From the IMG/VR virus record IMGVR_UViG_3300032257_000005, positions 64,001-86,291 of that record: a stretch of DNA of 22,291 nt; one strand, 5' to 3'. How positions within the stretch are numbered: the first letter of the stretch is position 1; every line of letters starts with the position of its first letter. The position numbers were made by a program, and so were the translations under genes. Positions 4,398 to 13,527 of this stretch are shown piece after piece. This stretch comes from a virus. Taxonomy: Duplodnaviria; Heunggongvirae; Uroviricota; Caudoviricetes. The notes beneath the pieces are model-generated. The model saw only the letters and a program-made list of their open reading frames with translations. It did not search any database and was not told the origin of the DNA.

Positions 4398-7300
4398 ATT
4401 AAAAGTTGATTCCAAAGGTGTTGTAACAGGTCTGAAACGAGCTGAACAAGCTAATGACAAGTTTTCAAGAAATGTACAATCAACATCTAAAAAAACTGGT
4501 GGCGCATTTTCAAAACTTCAAGGTTCTATTTTTAGTTTAAAAGCTGCATTTGTAGGTTTAGGTGTAGGATTTTTATTTGTTAATGCAATTAAATCATCAA
4601 TAGAATTTAATGCAACTATATCTAATCTATCTGCTATTACTGGTGCTACTGGTAAAGATTTAGATTTCTTAAAAGATAAAGCAAAAGAATTTGGTGAAAC
4701 AACTACTTTATCTGCATCTGGTGTTGCTGAAGCATTTAAATTAATTGCATCTGCTAAACCTGATCTTTTGGAAAGTGGTGCGGCATTAGCGTTTGTAACT
4801 AAAGAAGCTATTACCCTTGCTGAAGCTGCAAACATATCTATTCAGCAATCTGCAATATCATTAGGTAGCGCATTAAACCAATATGGTAAGGGTGCTGAAT
4901 CTGCAACTAAATTTATTGATGTTCTTGCGGCTGGTGCAAAATTTGGTGCATCTGAAATAGCTGATACAAGCCAAGCATTAAAACAAGCGGGTACGGTTGC
5001 GGCATCTGCTGGAATTTCATTTCAACAATTAAATGCAAGTATTCAAATATTAGCGGGTGTTGGTCTTAAAGGTGCTAGAGCTGGTGTTGGCTTAAGAAAT
5101 GCATTTTTACTATTACAAAAAAATGGCATCGGTGTAACTAATGGGATATTCAATTTAAATAATGCATTAGAAGAATTAGCACCTGATGTTGATAATACAA
5201 CTAAATTAATGGAAATATTTGGTACTGAAAATGTTGTTGCAGGTCAAAGATTAATTTCAGCAAGAAAAGAATTAATAGCAATGACAAGTAAGGTTAATGA
5301 AAATGGTGTTGCATTAAAACAAGCTAGAACTAATGTAGATAATTTACAAGGTGATTTAAAAAATCTTGGAAGTGCGTTTGAAGGTTTGCAATTAGCTATA
5401 ACTGAAGGTGCTGATTCTCCATTAAGAGGATTAGTACAATCATTAGCAGATCTTTTGAGATTTATGTCAGATAATATTGATGTAATTATTTCATTTACTA
5501 AAGCATTAGGTACATTTTTTATTCTGACAAAGATAGTCAATTTATTCACTAAATTAAAAGCTGGTGTTACAGCAATGATAGCTGCAAATAATTTAGCGGC
5601 TGCGGCAACGGCTGTAACAACTGAAACAATGGTTGCATCGGCTGCGGCAACAACGGCTGCAAGTACATCAATGGCTGTACTTGGTACTACTGCATTAACA
5701 ACATCAAAACAATTAGCTCTAGCGAATAAAACAGTTAAATTAAGTAGTGCAACTACAGCCGGTCTTGGTACTGTAATGAAAAAGACAACTGTAGGCATGG
5801 GTTTAATGGGTGCTGCTGGTGCTGGATTACGCGGCATTATGACTTTACTAGGTGGCCCTGTTGGGTTATTTATTACAGCCGCTAGTGCTTTAGTGTTTTT
5901 TACTAGCAACATGAAATCTGCTGAAGAAAGAATGGGTGAATTAAATGGTGAAGTTGATAAATTAAATGCTTCATTAGGTAAACTATCAAGATTAGAAGTT
6001 GCTGCTGCTTTTGATACTGCAAAAGATAAGGCATCTGATTTTCAGAAAGAAATAGCAAACGCTCAAACTGAAATAAAAGGTATTCGACAGCAACAATTAA
6101 GATTTGGTCTAAGCACTTCTATTTATAAAGGCATGGAAAAGCAAATTAGAAATATAAAAATACAGGTAGAACAATGGAATGAAGGATTGATTAGAGTTCA
6201 AGCTACTGCTGAAAAATTAAGACAGCAAAAAGACTTTTTAGTACCTGCTTTAGCAGATACACCAGATCGAGCTGCATTAGCTAAATCAATTAATGATGCT
6301 AATATAAAAAGAAAAGAAGATGCAAAGCCTGAAAATATTGCAAAAGGTCTTGAATCTAAAATAGCTTTTGCTACAGCACCATTTTTAGGTGGTCAAACTG
6401 AATTAAGAAAAGCACAACAAAAATTAGAGGAATTACAAAAGCTGAAACAAGAATTATCTAATCCTGTTATATTAAAAGCTGTTTTAAAAATTGGTGGAAA
6501 AAAAGCAATAGATAATCTTAATTTTGCATTAGATGCGGCAAAGAAAAATGTTGATGATATAAATGTAAAATTAAGTAAGCCTGTTAAAACAGTTGGGCAA
6601 AAATTTGCTGATGATCTTAAGACGCAAATTAATTTATATGGAAAAACAGAACGTGAAATAAAAATCGCGCAAGTTGCACAAGAAGCATATAACGCTGGCA
6701 TAACAAAACAAATAGGTTTAATTAAAATGCTGGCAGGTGAGTTATTTGATCTAAATAAAGCACGTCAAATAAGAGAAGGTGTTGATCCTACTATTGCAAT
6801 ACAACGTGAGATTGATCAGGTAAACAGATTGCGCGGCCAATCTGGTGCGGCTGGTATTACTGATGATCAAGCAAGACAAGCTATTAGGAATTTAACAGGT
6901 GTTGCTACTGCTACTGATAAACTAAAAGTACAGGAAGATATTTTAAATCTTGCTATTCGTGAAGGTGTATTAACAATACCTGAACAAACTAGGGCGTTAT
7001 CTGAATTAGCGTTTGCTAAGGAAAAGGTACGTCAAGCCTCAATGGATCTAACTTCTGCCGAACGTGAAGCAATAGTAATACAGCGTTCAGAAATTTCTTT
7101 ACAGCAAGCACGAGATCAAGCTGATTTTACAAAAGGTAGAATAACCACTATTGATTTAATTAAGCGACAAAATAAAACAACAAAAGCAAGTATTGAATTA
7201 TTGAAAAAAGAAGCGGCTGCTGCTAAAGCTGCTGGAATGGAATTAAAAGAAGCTAGAATAAATGAACAAATTATCTCATTAGAAGCGTCATTAACAAGTG

Positions 7301-7836
7301 CATCTGATTTAGTACGTGGTGATTTTCAAGATGCATTTACCGATACGTTTGATAGTTTGATTATGGGAACTAAATCAACAAGTGATGCATTTAAAGATTT
7401 AGCAAAAAGTATATTAGCTTCATTTAGTAGAGTGATTTCACAAAACTTAGGTGAAAGTTTAGCTAATTCATTATTCAGTTCAAGCACATCAAGCGGCGGT
7501 GGAGGCGGTAGTAGTGGCTTTGGTGGAATAATTGAAAGTGCTTTAGGTGCTGTATTTGGTGGTGGTAGTGAAAGTGGTGGCGGCTTTGCTGGTGGTGGTT
7601 CGTTTCGTGTAGGTGGTTCAGGTGGTGTTGATTCTCAATTAGTACAATTTAAAGCATCACCTAACGAAACAGTAACGGTTACTAAGCCTGATCAAAAAGG
7701 TGGCAACGGCGGAATGACGGTCAATAATTATTTCACGATATCTGCACCTAACGGAAACGTTAGCGCACAATCAGAACAGCAAGTAGCAACGGCTGCTGGT
7801 CGTGGTATACAGAACGCAATGCGAAGGAATACATAA
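4378..7836 (+). CDS. Tape measure protein (TP901-family core)
   Basis: About 1150 aa, Ala/Gly-rich; LSAITGATGKDL...AKEFGETT core; C-terminal FAGGGSFRVGGSGGVDSQLVQFKASPNE. Start MPTEIL at 4378 preferred over 4351. Confidence 0.93.
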   Translation: MPTEILELKVDSKGVVTGLKRAEQANDKFSRNVQSTSKKTGGAFSKLQGSIFSLKAAFVGLGVGFLFVNAIKSSIEFNATISNLSAITGATGKDLDFLKDKAKEFGETTTLSASGVAEAFKLIASAKPDLLESGAALAFVTKEAITLAEAANISIQQSAISLGSALNQYGKGAESATKFIDVLAAGAKFGASEIADTSQALKQAGTVAASAGISFQQLNASIQILAGVGLKGARAGVGLRNAFLLLQKNGIGVTNGIFNLNNALEELAPDVDNTTKLMEIFGTENVVAGQRLISARKELIAMTSKVNENGVALKQARTNVDNLQGDLKNLGSAFEGLQLAITEGADSPLRGLVQSLADLLRFMSDNIDVIISFTKALGTFFILTKIVNLFTKLKAGVTAMIAANNLAAAATAVTTETMVASAAATTAASTSMAVLGTTALTTSKQLALANKTVKLSSATTAGLGTVMKKTTVGMGLMGAAGAGLRGIMTLLGGPVGLFITAASALVFFTSNMKSAEERMGELNGEVDKLNASLGKLSRLEVAAAFDTAKDKASDFQKEIANAQTEIKGIRQQQLRFGLSTSIYKGMEKQIRNIKIQVEQWNEGLIRVQATAEKLRQQKDFLVPALADTPDRAALAKSINDANIKRKEDAKPENIAKGLESKIAFATAPFLGGQTELRKAQQKLEELQKLKQELSNPVILKAVLKIGGKKAIDNLNFALDAAKKNVDDINVKLSKPVKTVGQKFADDLKTQINLYGKTEREIKIAQVAQEAYNAGITKQIGLIKMLAGELFDLNKARQIREGVDPTIAIQREIDQVNRLRGQSGAAGITDDQARQAIRNLTGVATATDKLKVQEDILNLAIREGVLTIPEQTRALSELAFAKEKVRQASMDLTSAEREAIVIQRSEISLQQARDQADFTKGRITTIDLIKRQNKTTKASIELLKKEAAAAKAAGMELKEARINEQIISLEASLTSASDLVRGDFQDAFTDTFDSLIMGTKSTSDAFKDLAKSILASFSRVISQNLGESLANSLFSSSTSSGGGGGSSGFGGIIESALGAVFGGGSESGGGFAGGGSFRVGGSGGVDSQLVQFKASPNETVTVTKPDQKGGNGGMTVNNYFTISAPNGNVSAQSEQQVATAAGRGIQNAMRRNT

Positions 7837-8696
7837 TGCCATTTTTAGAAGATCCAGTTTTTCCAGATGATATAAGTTATGGGTCAAAAGGTGGCCCTAT
7901 GTTTAATACATCAGTTGCTATTGTAAATTCTGGCTATGAAACAAGAAATGCAAACTGGTTATACCCATTACATAAATTTAATATTCGTTACGGTATAAAA
8001 ACATCTGAACAAATGTACGGCGCAAGAGAGCATTTTTATGTTGTTCGCGGTATGGCAGATGGTTTTCGTTATAAAGATTGGCATGATTATACGAGTGGTG
8101 TTAATAACGCATCTGCTACAGCATTTGATTGCTCTGTTACGGCTTCGGCTGTTATAAGTACTTCTTCATATCAACTTTATAAACAATATGTGAAAGGTGC
8201 TAGATCTTTTACACGTAAGATATCAAAACCACTTGCAAGTACAGTTGTGGTTGCGGTCAGTAGTGTTTTATATCCTTCATCACAAGTATCAGTTTTAGCC
8301 AGTACCGGAACGATTAATTTTGCAACTGATGTTTCGGCTATTGTATCTGCTATAACACAAGCGGTTAGTTCTGTATTTACTATAACAGGCCATTCATATT
8401 TAACAGGTGAAACACTTTACATTGATAATGCTTTAGGCATGACTGAAATAAATGGTAAGCGAATAACAATTACTAGCACTACGGCTAACACACTTGAAAC
8501 AGATCATGATACTAGTGGTTACGGTGCTTATACCAGTTCAGCATCTGCTAATACACATCCACAAAACGGTGAAGTTATTCAAGCCGGTTTTGAGTTTGAT
8601 GTTCCTGTTAGATTTAACTCGGATATATTCGATACGATTCATGATGATTACGATATAACAACGACTGATATTGAAGTCGTGGAAATAAGGATATGA
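7836..8696 (+). CDS. DUF2460 / GTA g12-like distal tail protein with an internal insertion
   Basis: FPDDISYGSKGGPMFNT...NANW...GFRYKDWHDY...AGFEFDVPVRF motifs. Confidence 0.9.
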   Translation: MPFLEDPVFPDDISYGSKGGPMFNTSVAIVNSGYETRNANWLYPLHKFNIRYGIKTSEQMYGAREHFYVVRGMADGFRYKDWHDYTSGVNNASATAFDCSVTASAVISTSSYQLYKQYVKGARSFTRKISKPLASTVVVAVSSVLYPSSQVSVLASTGTINFATDVSAIVSAITQAVSSVFTITGHSYLTGETLYIDNALGMTEINGKRITITSTTANTLETDHDTSGYGAYTSSASANTHPQNGEVIQAGFEFDVPVRFNSDIFDTIHDDYDITTTDIEVVEIRI

Positions 8697-9730
8697 GTAA
8701 AGTTATAACGGCTGAAATGTCAGCACATTTAGAAAGTGGAAACACAACTTTATCTACATGCTGGAGAATGATACGTGAAGATGGTGTTGTACTTGGTTTT
8801 ACTGATAGCGTTGTTGATTTAGAAGTATCCAGTGTTGTATATGAAGCTGCTACCGGATATACACCTTCTGCATTAACTAAGAATGATAATATGGCCGTGG
8901 ATAATATGGATATTCTTGGTTTACTTAATTCCGATGGTATTACTGATGCGGATATTGAAGCTAAGAAATACGACAATGCAGAAGTATTTACATTCATGGT
9001 TAATTATAACGATTTAACGATGGGTCAAATAAAAATGGGTCGTGGTCGTATCGGTAATATAACAACACAAGATGAACAATATGTTGCTGAATACAGATCA
9101 TTAGCGCAATTACTTCAACAACCAGTAGGTGAACGTTATTCGTTACGATGTCGAGCTGAATTAGGTGATACAAGATGTGGTGTAAATTTATTGCCTGATG
9201 TATGGGCTTCATCTACTGCATATGACATTGATGATATTGTTAGAGCATCTAGTTATGATGCTAGAAGATATGTTTGTACGGCATCTGGTACAAGTTCTGG
9301 AAGTGAACCAATTTGGAATACAACAATAGGAAGTACAACTACTGACAATACAATAACATGGACTGCATTTGATGCATATACACATCAAGGTACAGTTTCA
9401 TCAGCACCAAGTAGACGACATTTTATAGATACAACATTAGGAAAAGATACTGGTTTTTTTGATTATGGCGTTTTGACTTGGACAAGTGGGAATAATTCTG
9501 GATATACAATGGAAATAAAGTCATATGTAAAAAGCATGGCTTTCTATAATTTTTATCTTTACGAAAATATGCCTTATAGTATTGAGGTTGGAGATACATT
9601 TACAGTAACAATAGGTTGTGATAAAGACTTGGCTACATGTAGAGATACGTTTGATAATATTGTTAATATGAGAGCGGAACCGTTTATCCCCGGTATTGAT
9701 AAAGTCACACAATTTGGTGGTCAAACATGA
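8693..9730 (+). CDS. DUF2163 / BR0599-family baseplate hub (GTA g13-like) with four conserved Cys
   Basis: TCWRMIREDGVVLGFTD; CRAELGDTRC; GCDKDLATCRDTFDNIVNMRAEPFIPG. Confidence 0.9.
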   Translation: MSKVITAEMSAHLESGNTTLSTCWRMIREDGVVLGFTDSVVDLEVSSVVYEAATGYTPSALTKNDNMAVDNMDILGLLNSDGITDADIEAKKYDNAEVFTFMVNYNDLTMGQIKMGRGRIGNITTQDEQYVAEYRSLAQLLQQPVGERYSLRCRAELGDTRCGVNLLPDVWASSTAYDIDDIVRASSYDARRYVCTASGTSSGSEPIWNTTIGSTTTDNTITWTAFDAYTHQGTVSSAPSRRHFIDTTLGKDTGFFDYGVLTWTSGNNSGYTMEIKSYVKSMAFYNFYLYENMPYSIEVGDTFTVTIGCDKDLATCRDTFDNIVNMRAEPFIPGIDKVTQFGGQT

Positions 9731-10134
9731 TTACCAGAAAACAAATAGTGGATGAAGCGCGTACATGGATTGGAACACCTTTTCAGCATCAAGCGCGTGT
9801 TAAAGGTCGTGGTGTTGATTGTATTGGTGTCGTTCAACAAGTAGCGCAAGCATTAAGCATAACTAAATATGATCGTAGTGATTACGGTCGTGAACCTGCT
9901 AACGGTGAATTACAAAAAGCATTGAATGAACATTTAATAAAAATAGATACGTTGGAAAACGGTTGTATCTTATTAATGAAATTTATCAATGAACCACAAC
10001 ATGTTGCTATCTATACAGATAAAAATACGATTATTCATGCATATGCCAATGTAGGTAAATGTGTTGAACATCGGTTAGATCCAAAATGGGAAAGACGAAT
10101 TTATTCAATGTATAAATACATAGGTGTTGAATAG
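9727..10134 (+). CDS. NlpC/P60 tail-associated peptidase (GTA g14-like)
   Basis: ARTWIGTPFQHQ, GVDCIG (Cys), PQHVAI (His), IIHA. Confidence 0.92.
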   Translation: MITRKQIVDEARTWIGTPFQHQARVKGRGVDCIGVVQQVAQALSITKYDRSDYGREPANGELQKALNEHLIKIDTLENGCILLMKFINEPQHVAIYTDKNTIIHAYANVGKCVEHRLDPKWERRIYSMYKYIGVE

Positions 10135-11804
10135 TGGCTTCCGTTGCTGGCATATTAATAAAAGTTGTTGTTGGCGTTGTTGTCAATGCAATCACTCGCG
10201 CCATATTTAAACCCGATCCAATTCAAGGCCCACGATTAAATGATTTAAACGTAAATACAAATTCGTTTGGCTCAGAAATACCGATAATTCGTGGTTCGAT
10301 GCGAGCCGCTACTAATACGATATGGGCAGTCGATTTAAAAGAAGTTGCAACATCATCTTCTGGTGGTAAAGGTGGTGGACAAAAAAGCACAACATATGCT
10401 TATTACGGTGATTTTGCAGTAGCGTTATGTAAAGGTGAAGTAACAGGTGTTGCTAAGATATGGGCAGATTCAATATTAATCTATGATGTTTCTGTTGGTG
10501 GTGATATAGAAACAATTATTAATAGTTTTGATTTGTTAAGTGCGATATCTATTTACACTGGATCAGAAACACAATTACCGGATTCGCTTATAGAAAGTTA
10601 TGAAGGTGTTGGAAATGTGCCTGCATTCAGAGGATTAGTTTATATTGTATTTTCAGATTTAGCGTTAGAAAGATTCGGTAATAGATTACCAAACATAACT
10701 GCGGAAGTTATAGAAAAAGGTGCTTTTTCTGGAAGCAACTTTGATCAGTTTTCTAATCCCGTTACAAGAGAAGATGGTTCTTTTTTATATGACGATGGTT
10801 TGGTTAGTATCGGTGTATGGGATACTTTAGCGTCAGGAACTTTCACTGAATATAAATATGATTTAGATAATGCTTTATTAAGTAAAACTATATTAAGTTT
10901 GGATGGAACTTTGGCAGCATCACCAGCTAGTCAAAGTAACTGCAATAATAATCATAATTATACTGCTTTTGAACATACACTAGGAACGAATAGAACAGAG
11001 TTGTGGTATAGAAGTGATTTTCAATACATGTTGGATAAGACTGGTGCATTAGGATCAAACGCTTGTTCTGGAACGTTTGGTTATTTGTTTGTACCTAATG
11101 GAGGCGCTTATATTTTTGCGCCTCATGCAGACGGATCAATAAATCGGTATCAAATAGATGCAGCAAATAATCTTCTTAGTAATGGAGGCATACCAGAAAA
11201 ATGGTATTATCCTAGCGATTTAGATACCAATCTTTCTAATGTTTACGTTAGTGATGAAAATGAAATATATTACTATCATAAAAAACTTTCAGGTGGTTAC
11301 AATTTATTAAAATTAGATTTAAACCTTAATGTATTAGTAACATGGACTAGTATACCGACACTTTTCAATGGAAACTTTACCGTAGGAAAACAACCAAACA
11401 CAAGTCGAAATGTTGTTGTTTTTAATACTAGTAGCGGCACTTACAGTGCGTATTTTTTAGATGATGATGGAACATTAACATTAATAGGAACGTTATCTTT
11501 AAAAACAAACGGCGGTGCTAAGTATCTTGCACACGGATTTTTTTCTACACCATCAGAAATTTTTTATACTTCCGCTTTATTGTCGTCCAGTTCAGTGGCA
11601 TTATCGAGTGTGGTTGTAGATGTTTGTGATGGTATTGGCTTAGATAGAACTGATTTAAACTTAACAGAATTATCGGCTTCTACTATTGATGGGTATTCAA
11701 CATTACCTTCACCTTCTAGGAATCAGATACAGCCTTTACAACAAGCATATCATTTTGATGTTGTTGAATCTGATTTTAAACTAAAGTTCATATCGAGAAA
11801 CTAA
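10134..11804 (+). CDS. Tail-tip (g15/J-like) N-terminal module, paralog 1
   Basis: GTG start overlaps the upstream TAG; GPRL-DL-V...IPIIRG...NTIW, IWAD, PAFRGLVYIVF...L..FGNRLPNITAEV; ends FDVVESDFKLKFISRN. Confidence 0.88.
   Translation: MASVAGILIKVVVGVVVNAITRAIFKPDPIQGPRLNDLNVNTNSFGSEIPIIRGSMRAATNTIWAVDLKEVATSSSGGKGGGQKSTTYAYYGDFAVALCKGEVTGVAKIWADSILIYDVSVGGDIETIINSFDLLSAISIYTGSETQLPDSLIESYEGVGNVPAFRGLVYIVFSDLALERFGNRLPNITAEVIEKGAFSGSNFDQFSNPVTREDGSFLYDDGLVSIGVWDTLASGTFTEYKYDLDNALLSKTILSLDGTLAASPASQSNCNNNHNYTAFEHTLGTNRTELWYRSDFQYMLDKTGALGSNACSGTFGYLFVPNGGAYIFAPHADGSINRYQIDAANNLLSNGGIPEKWYYPSDLDTNLSNVYVSDENEIYYYHKKLSGGYNLLKLDLNLNVLVTWTSIPTLFNGNFTVGKQPNTSRNVVVFNTSSGTYSAYFLDDDGTLTLIGTLSLKTNGGAKYLAHGFFSTPSEIFYTSALLSSSSVALSSVVVDVCDGIGLDRTDLNLTELSASTIDGYSTLPSPSRNQIQPLQQAYHFDVVESDFKLKFISRN
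10453..10484 (+). repeat. 32-nt exact direct repeat, copy 1 (CTAAGATATGGGCAGATTCAATATTAATCTAT)
   Basis: Identical to 12163-12194; encodes KIWADSILIY. Confidence 0.95.
11753..11798 (+). repeat. 3' direct repeat, copy 1 (33 nt exact; 46 nt with 2 mismatches)
   Basis: TTTTGATGTTGTTGAATCTGATTTTAAACTAAA is identical to 13478-13510. Confidence 0.95.
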
Positions 11805-13526
11805 ATGGCTTCAGTCGTATTTTCATCGTTAGGGCAATCAATAGGTAGTAACTTAGGCGGTGCTGTTGGTGGTGCTATCGGTAGCGTTGTGGGTTCAATA
11901 ATTGGTGAAGCATTATTTCCGAGCGGTGCAGATCGTTTCGGCCCACGGTCAGATAATTTAAAAGTTATTTCTTCTACCTTCGGAAAAGATATAAATAAGA
12001 TATATGGAACGGCAAGAACAAGCACTAATATAATATGGTCTACAGATCTAATAGAAACTGCAACGGAACAAAGCGGTAAAGGTAGTGGCCCAAGTTTTAC
12101 AACATATTCATACGCGGGTAATTTTGCAGTTGGTGTATGTGAAGGTGAAATATTAGGTATATCTAAGATATGGGCAGATTCAATATTAATCTATAATAAA
12201 AGTCATGATGCTACACCTGCTGAAATAATAGAATCTAAATTGTCTTTTGACAGTATCAGTATTTATACTGGAACAGAAGATCAATTACCGGATGCATTAA
12301 TAGAAAGTTATGAAGGAGTTGGTAATGTACCCGCCTTTCGCGGTTTGTCATATATTGTTTTTGAAGGATTGGATTTAGAAAAGTTCGGCAGAAGATTACC
12401 TATAATAACTGTAGAGGTTTCCAGAAAAGGCACTTTATCAGATGATTGGAAATTAATAACAACGGCTCCCTTTGGTTTTTTTTCAACCATGTTAGCAAGT
12501 AACGGGACGCTGTACGCTACTTCTGGATTAGATTTATATTACTCTAATGACATAGGGCTTACTTGGATATACATGAGATATTTTGTTCCTTTTCTTGGTA
12601 ATGTTGCTGAGTTACTTGAATTATATGATAGAGATGGGTATTTTATTATTAAGGTTAATTCAGATGCTTGGAGATCGTTAGATTACGGTGTTACGTGGGA
12701 AAAATTTACGATTGCAGGTGGATCAAGTAATCGTGGTTTTTCTTATATGGGAAATGGTGTAATGATAGTATATGGTCTTTTTACACATTATTATTCACAT
12801 GATTACGGTGATAATTGGTCTACATTTACACTTCCTGCATCAATCGTATTTTATTTAGTGATCAGAGTACACGACGATCTATATTTATTATTTCAAAGTA
12901 ATAATGTTTATGCTTCTTATGATCGAGCTGTAACTTGGTCATATAGAGGAAGCTGGTCGGGTGCTGCTGTTATAGCTTTTAGTGGTTTTTATATGGAAGA
13001 TGTTGATACTGTATTAATTTCAGATGGTGATGGAAATATATATACATCTACCGATAAAGGTATAAATTGGTCTTTTGTAGTGAAACCAGAAGGTAGTCAT
13101 CTTTCTGTTAAATATGGAGATAATGGAACAATTTTAGCTAGCAATGGAAATAGACTTAGAGTGTCTACAGATTATGGTTTAACTTTTCCTATAGATTTAG
13201 TTACTTCAGGTGATGTTAGAGGTAAAATTTATTATGGGTCAGATTGTTATTTAATTACTACTGATTCAACTGCTAAATCAGTTTATTTAAAAACTGGCCC
13301 ATTGATAACAGATGCAACAGAAAATTTATCTGCTATCGCTTCTTCAATTTGTATAGATGCAGGTCTTGTTTCTAATGATGTAGATGTAACCGATTTAACC
13401 GATATCGTTAATGGTTATATTATAAGCGAAAAAAGTGCGAGTAGAGATTATTTAGTATCTTTGAGCCACGGTTATTCTTTTGATGTTGTTGAATCTGATT
13501 TTAAACTAAAATTCGTATCGAGATAA
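11805..13526 (+). CDS. Tail-tip (g15/J-like) N-terminal module, paralog 2, with Asp-box/BNR repeats
   Basis: Same framework motifs as paralog 1; six S-x-D-x-G-x-T/N-W-like repeats; ends FDVVESDFKLKFVSR. Confidence 0.88.
   Translation: MASVVFSSLGQSIGSNLGGAVGGAIGSVVGSIIGEALFPSGADRFGPRSDNLKVISSTFGKDINKIYGTARTSTNIIWSTDLIETATEQSGKGSGPSFTTYSYAGNFAVGVCEGEILGISKIWADSILIYNKSHDATPAEIIESKLSFDSISIYTGTEDQLPDALIESYEGVGNVPAFRGLSYIVFEGLDLEKFGRRLPIITVEVSRKGTLSDDWKLITTAPFGFFSTMLASNGTLYATSGLDLYYSNDIGLTWIYMRYFVPFLGNVAELLELYDRDGYFIIKVNSDAWRSLDYGVTWEKFTIAGGSSNRGFSYMGNGVMIVYGLFTHYYSHDYGDNWSTFTLPASIVFYLVIRVHDDLYLLFQSNNVYASYDRAVTWSYRGSWSGAAVIAFSGFYMEDVDTVLISDGDGNIYTSTDKGINWSFVVKPEGSHLSVKYGDNGTILASNGNRLRVSTDYGLTFPIDLVTSGDVRGKIYYGSDCYLITTDSTAKSVYLKTGPLITDATENLSAIASSICIDAGLVSNDVDVTDLTDIVNGYIISEKSASRDYLVSLSHGYSFDVVESDFKLKFVSR
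12163..12194 (+). repeat. 32-nt exact direct repeat, copy 2
   Basis: Identical to 10453-10484. Confidence 0.95.
13478..13523 (+). repeat. 3' direct repeat, copy 2
   Basis: Matches 11753-11798. Confidence 0.95.
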
Positions 13527-13527
13527 T

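Noticed and set aside
7480-7630. Gly/Ser-rich GGT runs in the tape measure gene
   Set aside because: Ordinary low-complexity C-terminal linker.
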